Shown here piece after piece: positions 1-13,300 of a stretch of 64,000 nt of DNA; within the stretch, counting starts at the first letter, position 1, and each line of letters begins with the position of its first letter. Origin of the DNA: Owenia fusiformis. Its lineage: Eukaryota. The notes under the pieces are model-generated. The model was given only the letters and a program-made list of their open reading frames with translations, did no database searches and was not told the DNA's origin. Made by a program: the position numbers and the translations under genes. The stretch is from positions 24,676,001-24,740,000 of the forward strand of contig CAIIXF020000001.1 in NCBI GenBank assembly GCA_903813345.2, written 5' to 3'.

Positions 1-1526
1 AAAAAATAATGCATGCCAAACTTTTATCTATTGTAATATTATCTATGGTTATTTCAAAGTTTTACTCTTGCATCAAGCAACTGTGCCATTTCCCCAACAG
101 TCCTGTCTTTAAGGACTAACACTTTACTTGAGGCAAGATGCATAAACTTGAACTCCCTGGGCTATAACTCAATTGTCACTGCTTGTGTGTCATACTCATT
201 GGCACCTGCAAAACAGAATAATATAATAAGAATAACATCATGATGATATCAGATATCATATTTCATTTGGAGCCTTAAATATTAAACAAGGCATCAACAT
301 GAAAAATGTCACCACCCGCCATTTGTTACAGACGCTGAACGCCGACCCCAGACGCTAAACACCGTACATAAAAAAGTTGGAGACTTTAACAATATGTGAC
401 CACTTTTGGTGGTGACATAAAAAGGGGAAGTCCCGTCTTAATAAAACTCCTGATTTCCAGTTTTTTGTAAACATACACCATTGCATGTTGATGGTTCGCA
501 TGACCTGCAGGTCACGATGACAAATGAATGTTACGTTGTCAATAGAATGTAGGCTAACTAACTTTCACGTAAGGTAGATTCCCCGGGTAGATTCGCGAGA
601 TTCGTGATTATTCCCCCGGGATTAGGCTATTCCAAAGCAAACACCAAAGATACCAAATCGAACTCCCAATGAATTATTGATCGTATCTATCCTAGGGCCT
701 ATCATTTCAATGTAATTTAAAGGCTTACAGGGGTGCTTCAAAATCATCCCTGCGGCCCAAGAGTAATTCATTGCATTGTGACATTCATGAGCTGCTATGA
801 AAGCAGTGAAGGACCGATCTTGAAGGATGCTTCAAAATCGGGTTCAAATTGTAATATTGAGGCCTACTAATCTTTCATAACACGTGACGCATTCTATATT
901 AGCATTAAGAAATGAGAAATGGGCGTAGGAGCGGAGTAAGAGACCCAGGATAAGAAGAACCATTGGGCAAGATGGCCCACCAAGTTTGTTTATCATCAAA
1001 TATACATCGCCTGATATTATCTCCTGACAGGGACAGCATCGATCTCAATGGCCATTGCACTTTGTTTCATTTAGGCGGCACCTTCTCCAAGAAACTCTTT
1101 TAACGGCACCACTTCTGTAAGTCTGTGGTAAAAAACCTCCCGTCCGAAGAAGTTATCTTACAGAACGGCCCCTTTTGACCCTCGGGGGCCCTTCTTGCCC
1201 TGCCATGGCCACACAAAACCATTTCCAGTAGTGACATTTGCGAGTTAATACCAATAAGAATAAAACGGACCGAATAAAACCAATGTCCTTTTTTCAATAA
1301 ACATGGCTACATGTATATTTAAAGTTTATATACCCATTCGGGGAAGACAATATAAATAAAACAATGTATTTTAAATTAGCACACAGAACAACTTTTAAAT
1401 AATTACACATTTTTATTAAATTTTTCGAATTCATTTGGTACGCCTGTGCGCATTTGGCGCAATATATGCGATACGCCAATGTGAGTGTTAGAATAGAAAC
1501 ATACACATCAATTCCAATTTTCGTTT

Positions 1527-2035
1527 GATTCCTGTATGATTCCTGAAGGCTGGATTCATTTGTAAACTATATTGCATATGAATCCTGCTTGAATCCTGGC
1601 TACAGGATTCATTTGCAAACTACCTTCTATATGAATCCTGTACGAATCCTGAAGGCTGGATTCATTTGTAAACTATATTGCATATGAATCCTGTATGATT
1701 CCTGAAGGCAGGATTCATTTGCAAACTACCTTCTATATGAATCCTGTACGAATCCCGAAGACTGGATTCATTTGTAAACTATATTGCATATGAATCCTGT
1801 ATGATTCCTGAAGGCAGGATTCATTTGCAAACTACCTTCTATATGAATCCTGTACGAATCCTGAAGGCTGGATTCATTTGTAAACTATATTGCATATGAA
1901 TCCTGTATGATTCCTGAAGGCAGGATTCATTTGTAAACTATTTAAACAGCGAATCCTGTATGAATCCTGGAGGCAGGATTCATACAGGATTCATATGTGC
2001 ATATGAATCCTGTATGAATCCTGACTCCAGGATTC
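1527..2035. repeat. 53-bp minisatellite (8 full units alternating A/B, i.e. a 106-bp dimer) with internal hairpins and a palindromic end
   Basis: GA(A/T)TCCTG unit starts at 1527, 1580, 1633, 1686, 1739, 1792, 1845, 1898 and 1951. Unit tails alternate TATATTGCATAT and TACCTTCTATAT (the eighth tail is divergent). Perfect 24-bp inverted repeat at 1974-1997/2000-2023. Confidence 0.95.
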
Positions 2036-2109
2036 AGTGGTTTGATTCACATTTTTTGCTGTGTAACGTCTCGTGATAGAATTAAACTTAAGATGGAATG
2101 TATTTGAAT

Positions 2110-3697
2110 GGTGACAGGTCATCTCAACCCCAAGTCGCAAGTCATGGTCCAACTCAACCCCAAGTCAAGTCAACCCCAGTAAAACTCAACCCCAAGTCAA
2201 CTCAACCCTGTAAAACTCAACCCCAGTAAAACTCAACCCAATAATTTAAGTCATTCATTTCTAAAAATCTAGCATTTTGCATGATGCTTTGAATAGAAAA
2301 TTGTAAAAGTATTAAAAAAAACGGTTAAGCACAAGAATAATTCGTCAAGTTGTCACTATTATTTAATTTAAGACATCTTTTGAAATCAAATTTTAGATAA
2401 TTAAGAAATAATGAACAATGTAATATAACTTTTTATTTATATGGACATGCATTAACAAAATCATTAACATTACTAATTAATAGACTGAGAGCATATAGGC
2501 GTAGCCAGGAGGGGTGCGCACACACCCTCTCCCCAATTTTGAAGGAAGTTGCATCATTTTTTGTCAAAACATATCTTTTTGGATCGCTTGTGCCACGATC
2601 GGCACCCCCTGACTGAAAACCTGATTTTTGGGCGATCGCATCCCTCCTGACTGAAAGCTGCCTATGCCCTTGGAAAGCAATGGTCATGTTCCAGTTTTCC
2701 AAATAATCACGAGTGTCAACCTCATAAGACAAAACAAATGTAGCAAGATTGATAAAACGACCCATATTTTAATCCTATTAGTGTTACGCGGTATATGGCA
2801 TACATTCATGGTTGCGCGGTATTCGTGATACGGGTGGATATGCCATACTCACCTGCGGTATATGGCATATTCCGCAGGTGAGTATGCGATATTCCGCAGT
2901 GAATATGCGATACATTGATTTCAGTGAATACCAGATACTCACCTGCAGAATATGTCATACTCATTTGCGGGATATGCCATATACCGCAGGTGAATATGAC
3001 ATATACCGCAGGTGAAAACGTGATACAGAAAGCCTTGATTTGATTGGTTCCGAAAATCGACTCTAAATGTAAAACGACGCTGGATTACCAATATAGTCAG
3101 TGCGTCGAGTACTAATATATGAATCCTGGTTTGATTGAGAAAGTTTATTACGCGAGATTGGTGACTGATACTTCTGCTAAGTTAATATATTCGATACACA
3201 GTACTGTTGATTCAGTAATCATTATAACAATTTATAACGTTTTACTTGTTCGTTCAATCGATGCAATTGACAATTGCGTACTTCCGTATCGCGTTTTCAT
3301 TGGTTAGTATGTATGCCATATACCGCAGGTGAATCTGTCATGCACCGCAAGTGAATATGCCATATTCGTTGCGGAATATGACATATTTTTGTATCGTGTT
3401 TACCGCGTAACAATTAGTACCATGTTGACATTTTTGAGATAAACTCATTATTAACTATAATCTAAAAAGGCAGTAGTCTAAGAATGAAAATGACAAACTG
3501 AATAATCAGATTTTTTTATAATATATAATAAACTTTCTTATAAGTTTATCAATATATAGAAATATAGGGGTTGAGTTTTACTGGGGTTGATTTTCACAGG
3601 GTTGAGTTGACTTGAGTTGAGCTTTACTGGGGTTGAGTTGACTTGGGGTTGAGTTTTACTGGGTTGAGTTGACTTGGGATTGAGATGACCAGGAAGC
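2110..3697. mobile_element. Non-autonomous foldback-type DNA transposon with 8-bp TSD and subterminal ~16-bp tandem repeats
   Basis: ATTTGAAT direct repeat at 2102-2109 and 3698-3705. GGTCATCTCAA at 2117 mirrors TTGAGATGACC ending at 3690. CTCAACCCCAGTAAAA/CTCAACCCCAAGTCAA arrays at 2123-2240 have their reverse complement at 3567-3690. No transposase ORF. Confidence 0.85.
2782..3412. mobile_element. 631-bp TGT...ACA element with 12-bp TIR and 5-bp TSD (Ginger2-like non-autonomous element or solo LTR), nested in the foldback element
   Basis: TGTTACGCGGTA (2782-2793) and TACCGCGTAACA (3401-3412). ATTAG at 2777-2781 and 3413-3417. Internal ~22-bp repeats (GAATATGCCATATACCGCAGGT-like) occur in both orientations. 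Confidence 0.8.
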
Positions 3698-4322
3698 ATT
3701 TGAATTAGAGCAAATATAGGCCTGACTCATTTTAGCAATTATTCAGTCCAATAAGTAGATTTTTTACAATACAAGTATAGGTTTGAAATTTGAATTATTA
3801 GAATAATTACAACCAATTTAACCGTGTTAGGTTTGCAAATTATCGAATATTTTAAAAAGGATTAAGCTACAAACTACTGGCAACGAAAATGACCAAACCT
3901 TGAAAAATCTGACAATTACGATAATATTAAAATTCAAAAGGGAAACATCAAAATTTTCACTGCAGTGCTGATAAACTGTGTGGTAATATAAATGTTTCAC
4001 AACTTAATATATGTCACAATTCAGAATGGGATAAATTATTCTTCATCGTATTATTGTTGGACTTTTTCAATAACAATACACGCATTTGTTTAAGGAATAT
4101 TTTGAAAGTCCTCTTATCTTCCTGAATCGTCTTCCAAATCTTTCACTTTAGAGGTTGATCAATTAGGGTATCGTGTGTCTGATTTTAGGGAAAACTGATT
4201 ACTGGTTCTATTGTCGAAACACGATCAAGGCAATCACAATTTCATTTCATTTTGTCATTTATGTTATGCTTATTAGAAATGGGAAGTTTCAATATTTTTA
4301 CAATTTTGAAATTTATTTTCAG

Positions 4323-7300
4323 AGACCAATGTTACAACAACCGGCATTACTATCCTTGAATCAACTAGGGTCTCAGAGGATGTCATCACAACTACAGATG
4401 CAAGTGGTACCACCAATTCACAGGCGATCGCTTCTACTACTGATATACAGGACAATGTCACTATCACAAATCCTAACATTGCAACCACTGAATCTGTTGA
4501 CGCCACCAACAATGATGAACCACTTGGTACTAACACCAGTGCCGGGAGCACATTGGATTCAAATAGAAATGTAACAGAGACTACTGATACAAACGTCAGT
4601 GTAACAGATACTGTTAATACAACCGTTAGTGCTATAGACACTGTTGATACAACCGTTAGTGTCACAGACATTGTTGATACAACGGTTAGTGTCACAGACA
4701 CTGTTGATACAACCGTTAGTGTAACAGACACTGTTGACACAACTGCTAGTGTAACTGATAGTGTTGATACAACAGTTAGCGTATCAGACACTGTAGACAC
4801 AACATTAAGTGTAACGGAATCTACTGACTCAACTGTTAGTTTAACAAGCAATATTGGTTCAACTATCAATTCTGGGATTGTATCGGGTACAACCACACAA
4901 GATGTATTAGCAAACGATATAGATACACCAAAGGTCACATTGAGTTACATTACAACTTGGCAATCTCCCACATTGGATATAACTACTAATGATGGTCAAA
5001 CTTCTGTTACTATCAATAGTGACTCCACAATGAGTACTAATTATTACACCAATAGTGCAGCTACTGTGAATACAGAAATTGGTGCTAGCCCCGCTACAAA
5101 TTCAATATCAGACTCAACCACTCTATCAGATATGTCAACGAAATCTATTTACGACCCTACAGATCCCATGGGGCCAACAGATGATACAACAAGTTCACTT
5201 AGATTAGAGGATATAACAGCAACCACGGAGAGTATAAATGAAAATATTAGGACTACAACAATAGATGTAAGTACAGATTACACAACAGTTGAGGTAAGTC
5301 CAAGTAGTAGTAGTACAAGTAGATTAAATACATTAATTTCAGATGAGGTAGCTACGGGAACAACCACAGATGCAATGACAATAGGTGCAATATCCTCCAC
5401 AGTAACAAAACATTTAACTTCTGATAATGACGGTGTAACTCAATCGTCTAATGTCAACTCAAATGCCAAAGCTACAAACACAGTGGATGGGACTACTACT
5501 GCTGAGGCCACAACAACAGCGGGCGGTACTCTTACTGCTGATTCTAAAACAACAACGGCGTTACTTGATGATAAAACAACACTGTCTTATACAAGCATTG
5601 CCAAAGTTTCAACAACAGTGGCAACAACTGCTGATGTTACAACAACAGTAGCTGAAACAACGATAGTGGCTGACGCAAAAAGGGGAGGTAATACAGTAGC
5701 TGATGCTACAACTACAATACCAGATACAACTACAGCTGATGCTACAACAACAGTTGCTAATGCAACAACGGCTGATGTTACAACAGCAGTAGCTGACACA
5801 ACTACTGTGGCTGACTCAACTACGGCAGATAATACAGCAGCTGATGCTACAATTACAGTGGCTGACACACATACTGCTGATGCTACAACAGCAGTTGCTG
5901 ATGCAATAACGGCTAATGTTACAACAACAGTTGCTGAGATGAAGACAGTTGCTGACACAACTACAGCAGATACTACAGCAGCTGATGCTACAACTAAAAG
6001 AGCTGACACAACTACAGCTGATGCTACAAAAATAGTTGCTGATGCAACAACGGCTGATGTTACAAAAACAGTTGCTGACACAACTACGGTGGCTGACGCA
6101 GCTACGGCAGATACAACAGCAGCTGATGCTACAAGTACAGTGGCTGATACAACTACAGCTGATGCTACAACAACAGTTGCTGATGCAACAACGGCTGATG
6201 TTACAACAACAGTAGCTGACACAACTACAGTGGCTGACGCAACTACGGCAGATACTACAGCTGCTGATGCTACAACTACAGTGGCTGACACAACTACAGC
6301 TGATGCTACAACAACAGTTGCTGATGCAACAACGGCAGATGTTGCAACAACAGTTGCTGACACAAGTACAGTCGCTGACGCAACTACGTCTGATACTACA
6401 GCAGCTGATGCTACAAGTTCAGTGAATGACACAACTACAGCGGATGCTACAATAACAGTTGCTGATGCAACAACGGCTGATGTTACAACAACAGTAGCTT
6501 CCACAACTACCGTGGCTGACGCAACTACGGCAGATACTACAGCAGCTGATGCTACAACTACAGTGGCTGACACAACTACAGCTGATGCTACAACAACAGT
6601 TGCTGATGCAACAACGGCTGATGTTACAACAACAGTTGCTGACACAACTACAGTGGCTGACACAACTACGGCAGATACTACAGCAGCTGATGCTACAACT
6701 ACAGAGGCTGACACAACTATAGCTGATGCTACAACAACAGTTGCTGATGCAACAACGGCTTATGTTACAACAACAATTGCTGACACAACTACAGTGGCTG
6801 ACGCAACCACGGCAGATACTACAGCAGCTGATGCTACAAGTACAGTGGCTGACACAACTACAGCTGTTGCTACAATAACAGTTGCTGATGCAACAACGGC
6901 TGATGTTACAACAATAGTAGCTGACACAACTACAGTGGCTGATGCAACTACGGCAGATGCTACAACAACAGTTGCTGATGCAACAACGGCTGATGTTACA
7001 ACAACAATTGCTGACACAACTACAGTGGCTGACGCAACCACGGCAGATACTACAGCAGCTGATGCTACAACTACAGTGGCTGACACAACTACAGCTGTTG
7101 CTACAATAACAATTGCTGATGCAACAACGGCTGATGTTACAACAACAGTAGCTGAAACAACTACAGTGGCTGACGCAACTACGGCAGATACTACAGCAGC
7201 TGATGCTACAACTACAGTGGCTGACACAACTATAGCTGATGCTACAACAACAGTTGCTGATGCAACAACGGCTGATGTTACAACACCAGTTGCTGACATA

Positions 7301-10300
7301 ACTACAGTGGCTGACGCAACTAAGGCAGATACTACAGCAGCTGATGCTACAACAACAGAGGCTGATTCAACTACAGCTGATGCTACAACAACAGTTGCTG
7401 ATGCAACAACGGCTGATGTAACAACAACAGTAGCTGACACAACTACAGTGGCTGACACAACTACGGCAGATACTACAGCAGCTGATGTTACAAGTACAGT
7501 GGCTGACACAACTGCTACAACAACAGTTGCTGATGCAACAACGGCTGATGTTACAACAACAGTAGCTGACACAACTACAGTGGCTGACGCAACTACTGCA
7601 GATACTACAGCATCTGATGCTACAACTACAGTGGCTGACACAACAGCAACTGATGCTACAACAACAGTTGCTGATGCAACAACGGCTGATGTTACAACAA
7701 CAGTAGCTGACACAACTACAGTGGCTGACGCAACTACGGCAGATACTACAGCAGCTGATTCTACAACTACAGTGGCTGACACAACTACAGCTGATGCTAC
7801 AACAACAGTTGCTGATGCAACAACGGCTGATGTTACAACAACAGTTGCTGACACAACTGCAGTGGCTGACACAACTACGGCAGATACTACAGCAGCTGAT
7901 GCAACAACTACAGAGGCTGACACAACTATAACTGATGCTACAACAATAGTTGCTGATGCAACAACGGCTGATGTTACAACAACAATTGCTGACACAACTA
8001 CAGTGGCTGACGCAACTACGGCAGATACTACAGCAGCTGATGCTACAACTACAGAGGCTGACACAACTACAGCTGATGCTACAACAACAGTTGCTGATGC
8101 AACAACGGCTGATGTTACAACAACAGTAGCTGACACAATTACAGTGGCTGACGCAACTACGGCAGATACTATAGCAGCTGATGCTACAAGTACAGTGGCT
8201 GACACAACTACAGCTGATGCTACAACAACAGTTGCTGATGCAACAACGGCTGATGTTACAACAACAGTTGCTGACACAACTGCAGTGGCTGACACAACTA
8301 CGGCAGATACTACAGCAGCTGATGCTAAAACTACAGAGGCTGACACAACTATAACTGATGCTACAACAACAGTTGCTGACGCAACTACGGCAGATACTAC
8401 AGCAGCTGATGCTACAACTACAGTGGCTGACACAACTACAGCTGATGCTACAACAACAGTTGCTGATGCAACAACGGCTGATGTTACAGCAACAGTTGCT
8501 GACACAACTACAGTGGCTGATGCAACTATGGCAGATACTACAGCAGCTGATGCTACAACTACAGTGGCTGACACAACTACAACTGATGCTACAACAACAG
8601 TTGCTGATGCAACAACAGCTGATGTTACAACAACAGTAGCTGACACAACTACAATGGCTGATGCAGCTACGGCAGATACTACAACAGCTGATGCTACAAC
8701 TTCAGTGGCTGACACAGCTATAGCTGACGATACAACAACAGTTGCTGATGCAACAACGGCTGATGTTACAACAACACTAGCTGACACAACTACAGTGGCT
8801 GACGCAACCAATGCAGATACTACACCAGCTGATGCTACAACTACAGTGGCTGACACAACAGCAGCTGATGCTACAACAACAGTTGCTGATGCAACAACGG
8901 CTGATGTTACAACAACAGTAGCTGACACAGCTACAATGGCTGACGCAACTACGGCAGATACTACAGCAGCTGATTCTACAACTACAGTGGCTGACACAAC
9001 TACAGCTGATGCTACAATAACAGTTGCTGATGCAACAACGGCTGATGTTACAACAACAGTTGCTGACACAACTACAGCGGCTGACGCAACTACGGCAGAT
9101 ACTACAGCAGCTGATGCTACAACTACAGAGGCTGACACAACTATAACTGATGCTACAACAACAGTTGCTGATGCAACAACGGCTGATGTTACAACAACAA
9201 TTGCTGACACAACTACAGTGGCTGACACAACTACGGCAGATACTACAGCAGCTGATGCTACAACAACAGTTGCTGATGCAACAACAGCTGATGTTACAAC
9301 AACAGTAGCTGACACAATTACAGTGGCTGACGCAACTACAGTGGCTGACGCAACTGCGGCAGAAACTACAGCAGCTGATGCTACAAGTGAAGTGGCTGAC
9401 ACCACTACAGCTGATGCTACAACAACAGTTGCTGATGCAACAACAGCTGATGTTACAACAACAGTTTTTGACACAACTACAGTGGCTGACGCAACTAAGG
9501 CAGATACTACAGCAGCTGATTCTACAACTACAGTGGCTGACACAACTACAGCTGATGCTACAACAACAGTTGCTGATGCAACAACGGCTGATGTTACAAC
9601 AACAGTTGCTGACACAACTGCAGTGGCTGACACAACTACGGCAGATACTACAGCAGCTGATGCTAAAACTACAGTGGCTGACACAACTATAACTGATGCT
9701 ACAACAATAGTTGCAGATGCAACAACGGCTGATGTTACAACAACAATTGCTGACACAACTACAGTGGCTGACGCAACTACGGCAGATACTACAGCAGCTG
9801 ATGCTACAAGTACAGTGGCTGACACAACTAAAGCTGATGCTACAACAACAGTTGCTGATGCAACAACGGCTGATGTTACAACAACAGTAGCTGACACAAT
9901 TACAGTGGCTGACGCAACTACGGCAGATACTATAGCAGCTGATGCTACAAGTACAGTGGCTGACACAACTACAGCTGATGTTACAACAACAGTTGCTGAT
10001 GCAACAACGGCTGATGTTACAACAACAGTAGCTGACACAACAACAGGTGCTGACGCAACTACGGCAGATACTACAGCAGCTGATGCTACAACTACAGTGG
10101 CTGACACAACTACAGCTGATGCTACAACAACAGTTGCTGATGCAACAACGGCTGATGTTACAGCAACAGTTGCTGACACAACTACAGTGGCTGATGCAAC
10201 TATGGCAGATACTACAGCAGCTGATGCTACAACTACAGAGGCTGACACAACTACAGCTGATGCTACAACAACAGTTGCTAATGCAACAACGGTTGATGTT

Positions 10301-13300
10301 ACAACAACAGTAGCTGACACAACTACAGTGGCTGACGCAACTGCGGCAGATACTACACCAGCTGATGCTACAAGTGAAGTGGCTGACATAACTACAGCTG
10401 ATGCTACAACAACAGTTGCTGATGCAACAACGGCTGATGTTACAACAACAGTAGCTGAGACATCTACAGTGGCTGACGCAACTGCGGCAGATACTGCAGC
10501 AGCTGATGCTACAACTACAGTGGCTGACACAACTACAGCTGATGCTACAACAACAGTTGCTGATGCAACAACAGCTGATGTTACAACAACAGTTTTTGAC
10601 ACAACTACAGTGGCTGACGCAACTAAGGCAGATACTGCAGCAGCTGATGCTACAAGTACAGTGGCTGACACAAGTACAGCTGATGCTACAACAACAGTTG
10701 CTGATGCAACAACGGCTGATGTTACAACAACAGTAGCTGACACAACTACAATGGCTGACGCAGCTACGGCAGATACTACAACAGCTGATGCTACAACTTC
10801 AGTTGCTGACACAGCTATAGCTGACGATACAACAACAGTTGCTGATGCAACAACGGCTGATGTTACAACAACACTAGCTGACACAACTACAGTGGCTGAC
10901 GCAACCACGGCAGATACTACACCAGCTGATGCTACAACTACAGTGGCTGACACAACAGCAGCTGATGCTACAACAACAGTTACTGATGCAACAACGGCTG
11001 ATGTTACAACAACAGTAGCTGACACAGCTACAATGGCTGACGCAACTACGGCAGATACTACAGCAGCTGATTCTACAAATACAGTGGCTGACACAACTAC
11101 AGCTGATGATACAACAACAGTTGCTGATGCAACAACAGCTGATGTTACAACAACAGTTTTTGACACAACTACAGTGGCTGACGCAACTAAGGCAGATACT
11201 GCAGCAGCTGATGCTACAACTACAGTGGTTGACACAACTACAGCTGATGCTACAACAACAGTTGCTGATGCAACAACAGCTGATGTTACAACAACAGTTT
11301 TTGACACAACTACAGTGGCTGACGCAACTAAGGCAGATACTGCAGCAGCTGATGCTACAAGTACAGTGGCTGACACAAGTACAGCTGATGCTACAACAAC
11401 AGTTGCTGATGCAACAACGGCTGATGTTACAACAACAGTAGCTGACACAACTACAATGGCTGACGCAGCTACGGCAGATACTACAACAGCTGATGCTACA
11501 ACTTCAGTTGCTGACACAGCTATAGCTGACGATACAACAACAGTTGCTGATGCAACAACGGCTGATGTTACAACAACACTAGCTGACACAACTACAGTGG
11601 CTGACGCAACCACGGCAGATACTACACCAGCTGATGCTACAACTACAGTGGCTGACACAACAGCAGCTGATGCTACAACAACAGTTACTGATGCAACAAC
11701 GGCTGATGTTACAACAACAGTAGCTGACACAGCTACAATGGCTGACGCAACTACGGCAGATACTACAGCAGCTGATTCTACAAATACAGTGGCTGACACA
11801 ACTACAGCTGATGCTACAACAACAGTTGCTGATGCAACAACAGCTGATGTTACAACAACAGTTTTTGACACAACTACAGTGGCTGACGCAACTAAGGCAG
11901 ATACTGCAGCAGCTGATGCTACAAGTACAGTGGCTGACACAACTACAGCTGATGCTACAACAACAGTTGCTGATGCAACAACAGCTGATGTTACAACAAC
12001 AGTAGCTGACACAACTACAATGGCTGACGCAGCTACGGCAGATACTACAACAGCTGATGCTACAACTACAGTGGCTGACACATCTACAGCTGATGCTACA
12101 ACAACAGTTGCTAATGCAACAACGGTTGGTGTTACAACAACAGTAGCTGACACAACTACAGTGGCTGATGCAACTGCGGTAGATACTACAGCAGCTGATG
12201 CTACAAGTGAAGTGGCTGACACAACTACAGCTGATGCTACAACAACAGTTGCTGATGCAACAACAGCTGATGTTACAACAACAGTAGCTGACACAACTAC
12301 AATGGCTGACGCAGCTACGGCAGATACTACAACAGCTGATGCTACAACTTCAGTGGCTGACACAGCTATAGCTGACGATACAACAACAGTTGCTGATGCA
12401 ACAATGGCTGATGTTACAACAACAGTTGCTGACACAACTACAGTGGCTGACACAACTACGGCAGATACTACAGCAGCTGATGCTACAAGTACAGTGGCTG
12501 ACACAACTACAGCTGATGCTACAACAACAGTTGCTGATGCAACAACGGCTGATGTTACAACAACAGTAGCTGACACAACTACAATGGCTGATGCAGCTAC
12601 GGCAGATACTACAACAGCTGATGCTACAACTTCAGTGGCTGACACAGCTACAGCTGATGCTACAACAACAGTTGCTGATGCAACAACAGCTGATGTTACA
12701 ACAACAGTTTTTGACACAACTACAGTGGCTGACGCAACTAAGGCAGATACTGCAGCAGCTGATACTACAAGTACAGTGGCTGACACAACTACAGCTGATG
12801 CTACAACAACAGTTGCTGATGCAACAACAGCTGATGTTACAACAACAGTAGCTGACACAACTACAATGGCTGACGCAGCTACGGCAGATACTACAACAGC
12901 TGATGCTACAACTACAGTGGCTGACACAACTACAGCTGATGTTACAACAACAGTTGCTAATGCAACAACGGTTGGTGTTACAACAACAGTAGCTGACACA
13001 ACTACAGTGGCTGATGCAACTGCGGTAGATACTACAGCAGCTGATGCTACAAGTGAAGTGGCTGACACAACTACAGCTGATGCTACAACAACAGTTGCTG
13101 ATGCAACAACAGCTGATGTTACAACAACAGTAGCTGACACAACTACAATGGCTGACGCAGCTACGGCAGATACTACAACAGCTGATGCTACAACTTCAGT
13201 GGCTGACACAGCTATAGCTGACGATACAACAACAGTTGCTGATGCAACAACGGCTGATGTTACAACAACAGTTGCTGACACAACTACAGTGGCTGACACA

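Noticed and set aside
1527-2035. CRISPR-like array (palindromic repeats at regular spacing)
   Set aside because: The intervening sequences are not unique spacers but alternate between two variants; no cas genes; eukaryotic context.
2123-3690. Telomere-like C-rich/G-rich repeats
   Set aside because: The unit is 16 bp, not TTAGGG-type, and the arrays are mirrored inside a TSD-flanked element.
1-4322. Upstream signal-peptide exon, promoter, or short ORFs (1100-1506, 2433-3307, 4173-4574)
   Set aside because: No convincing exon with a phase-1 donor or recognisable domain. Several of these ORFs lie in transposon sequence or overlap exon A1 out of frame.
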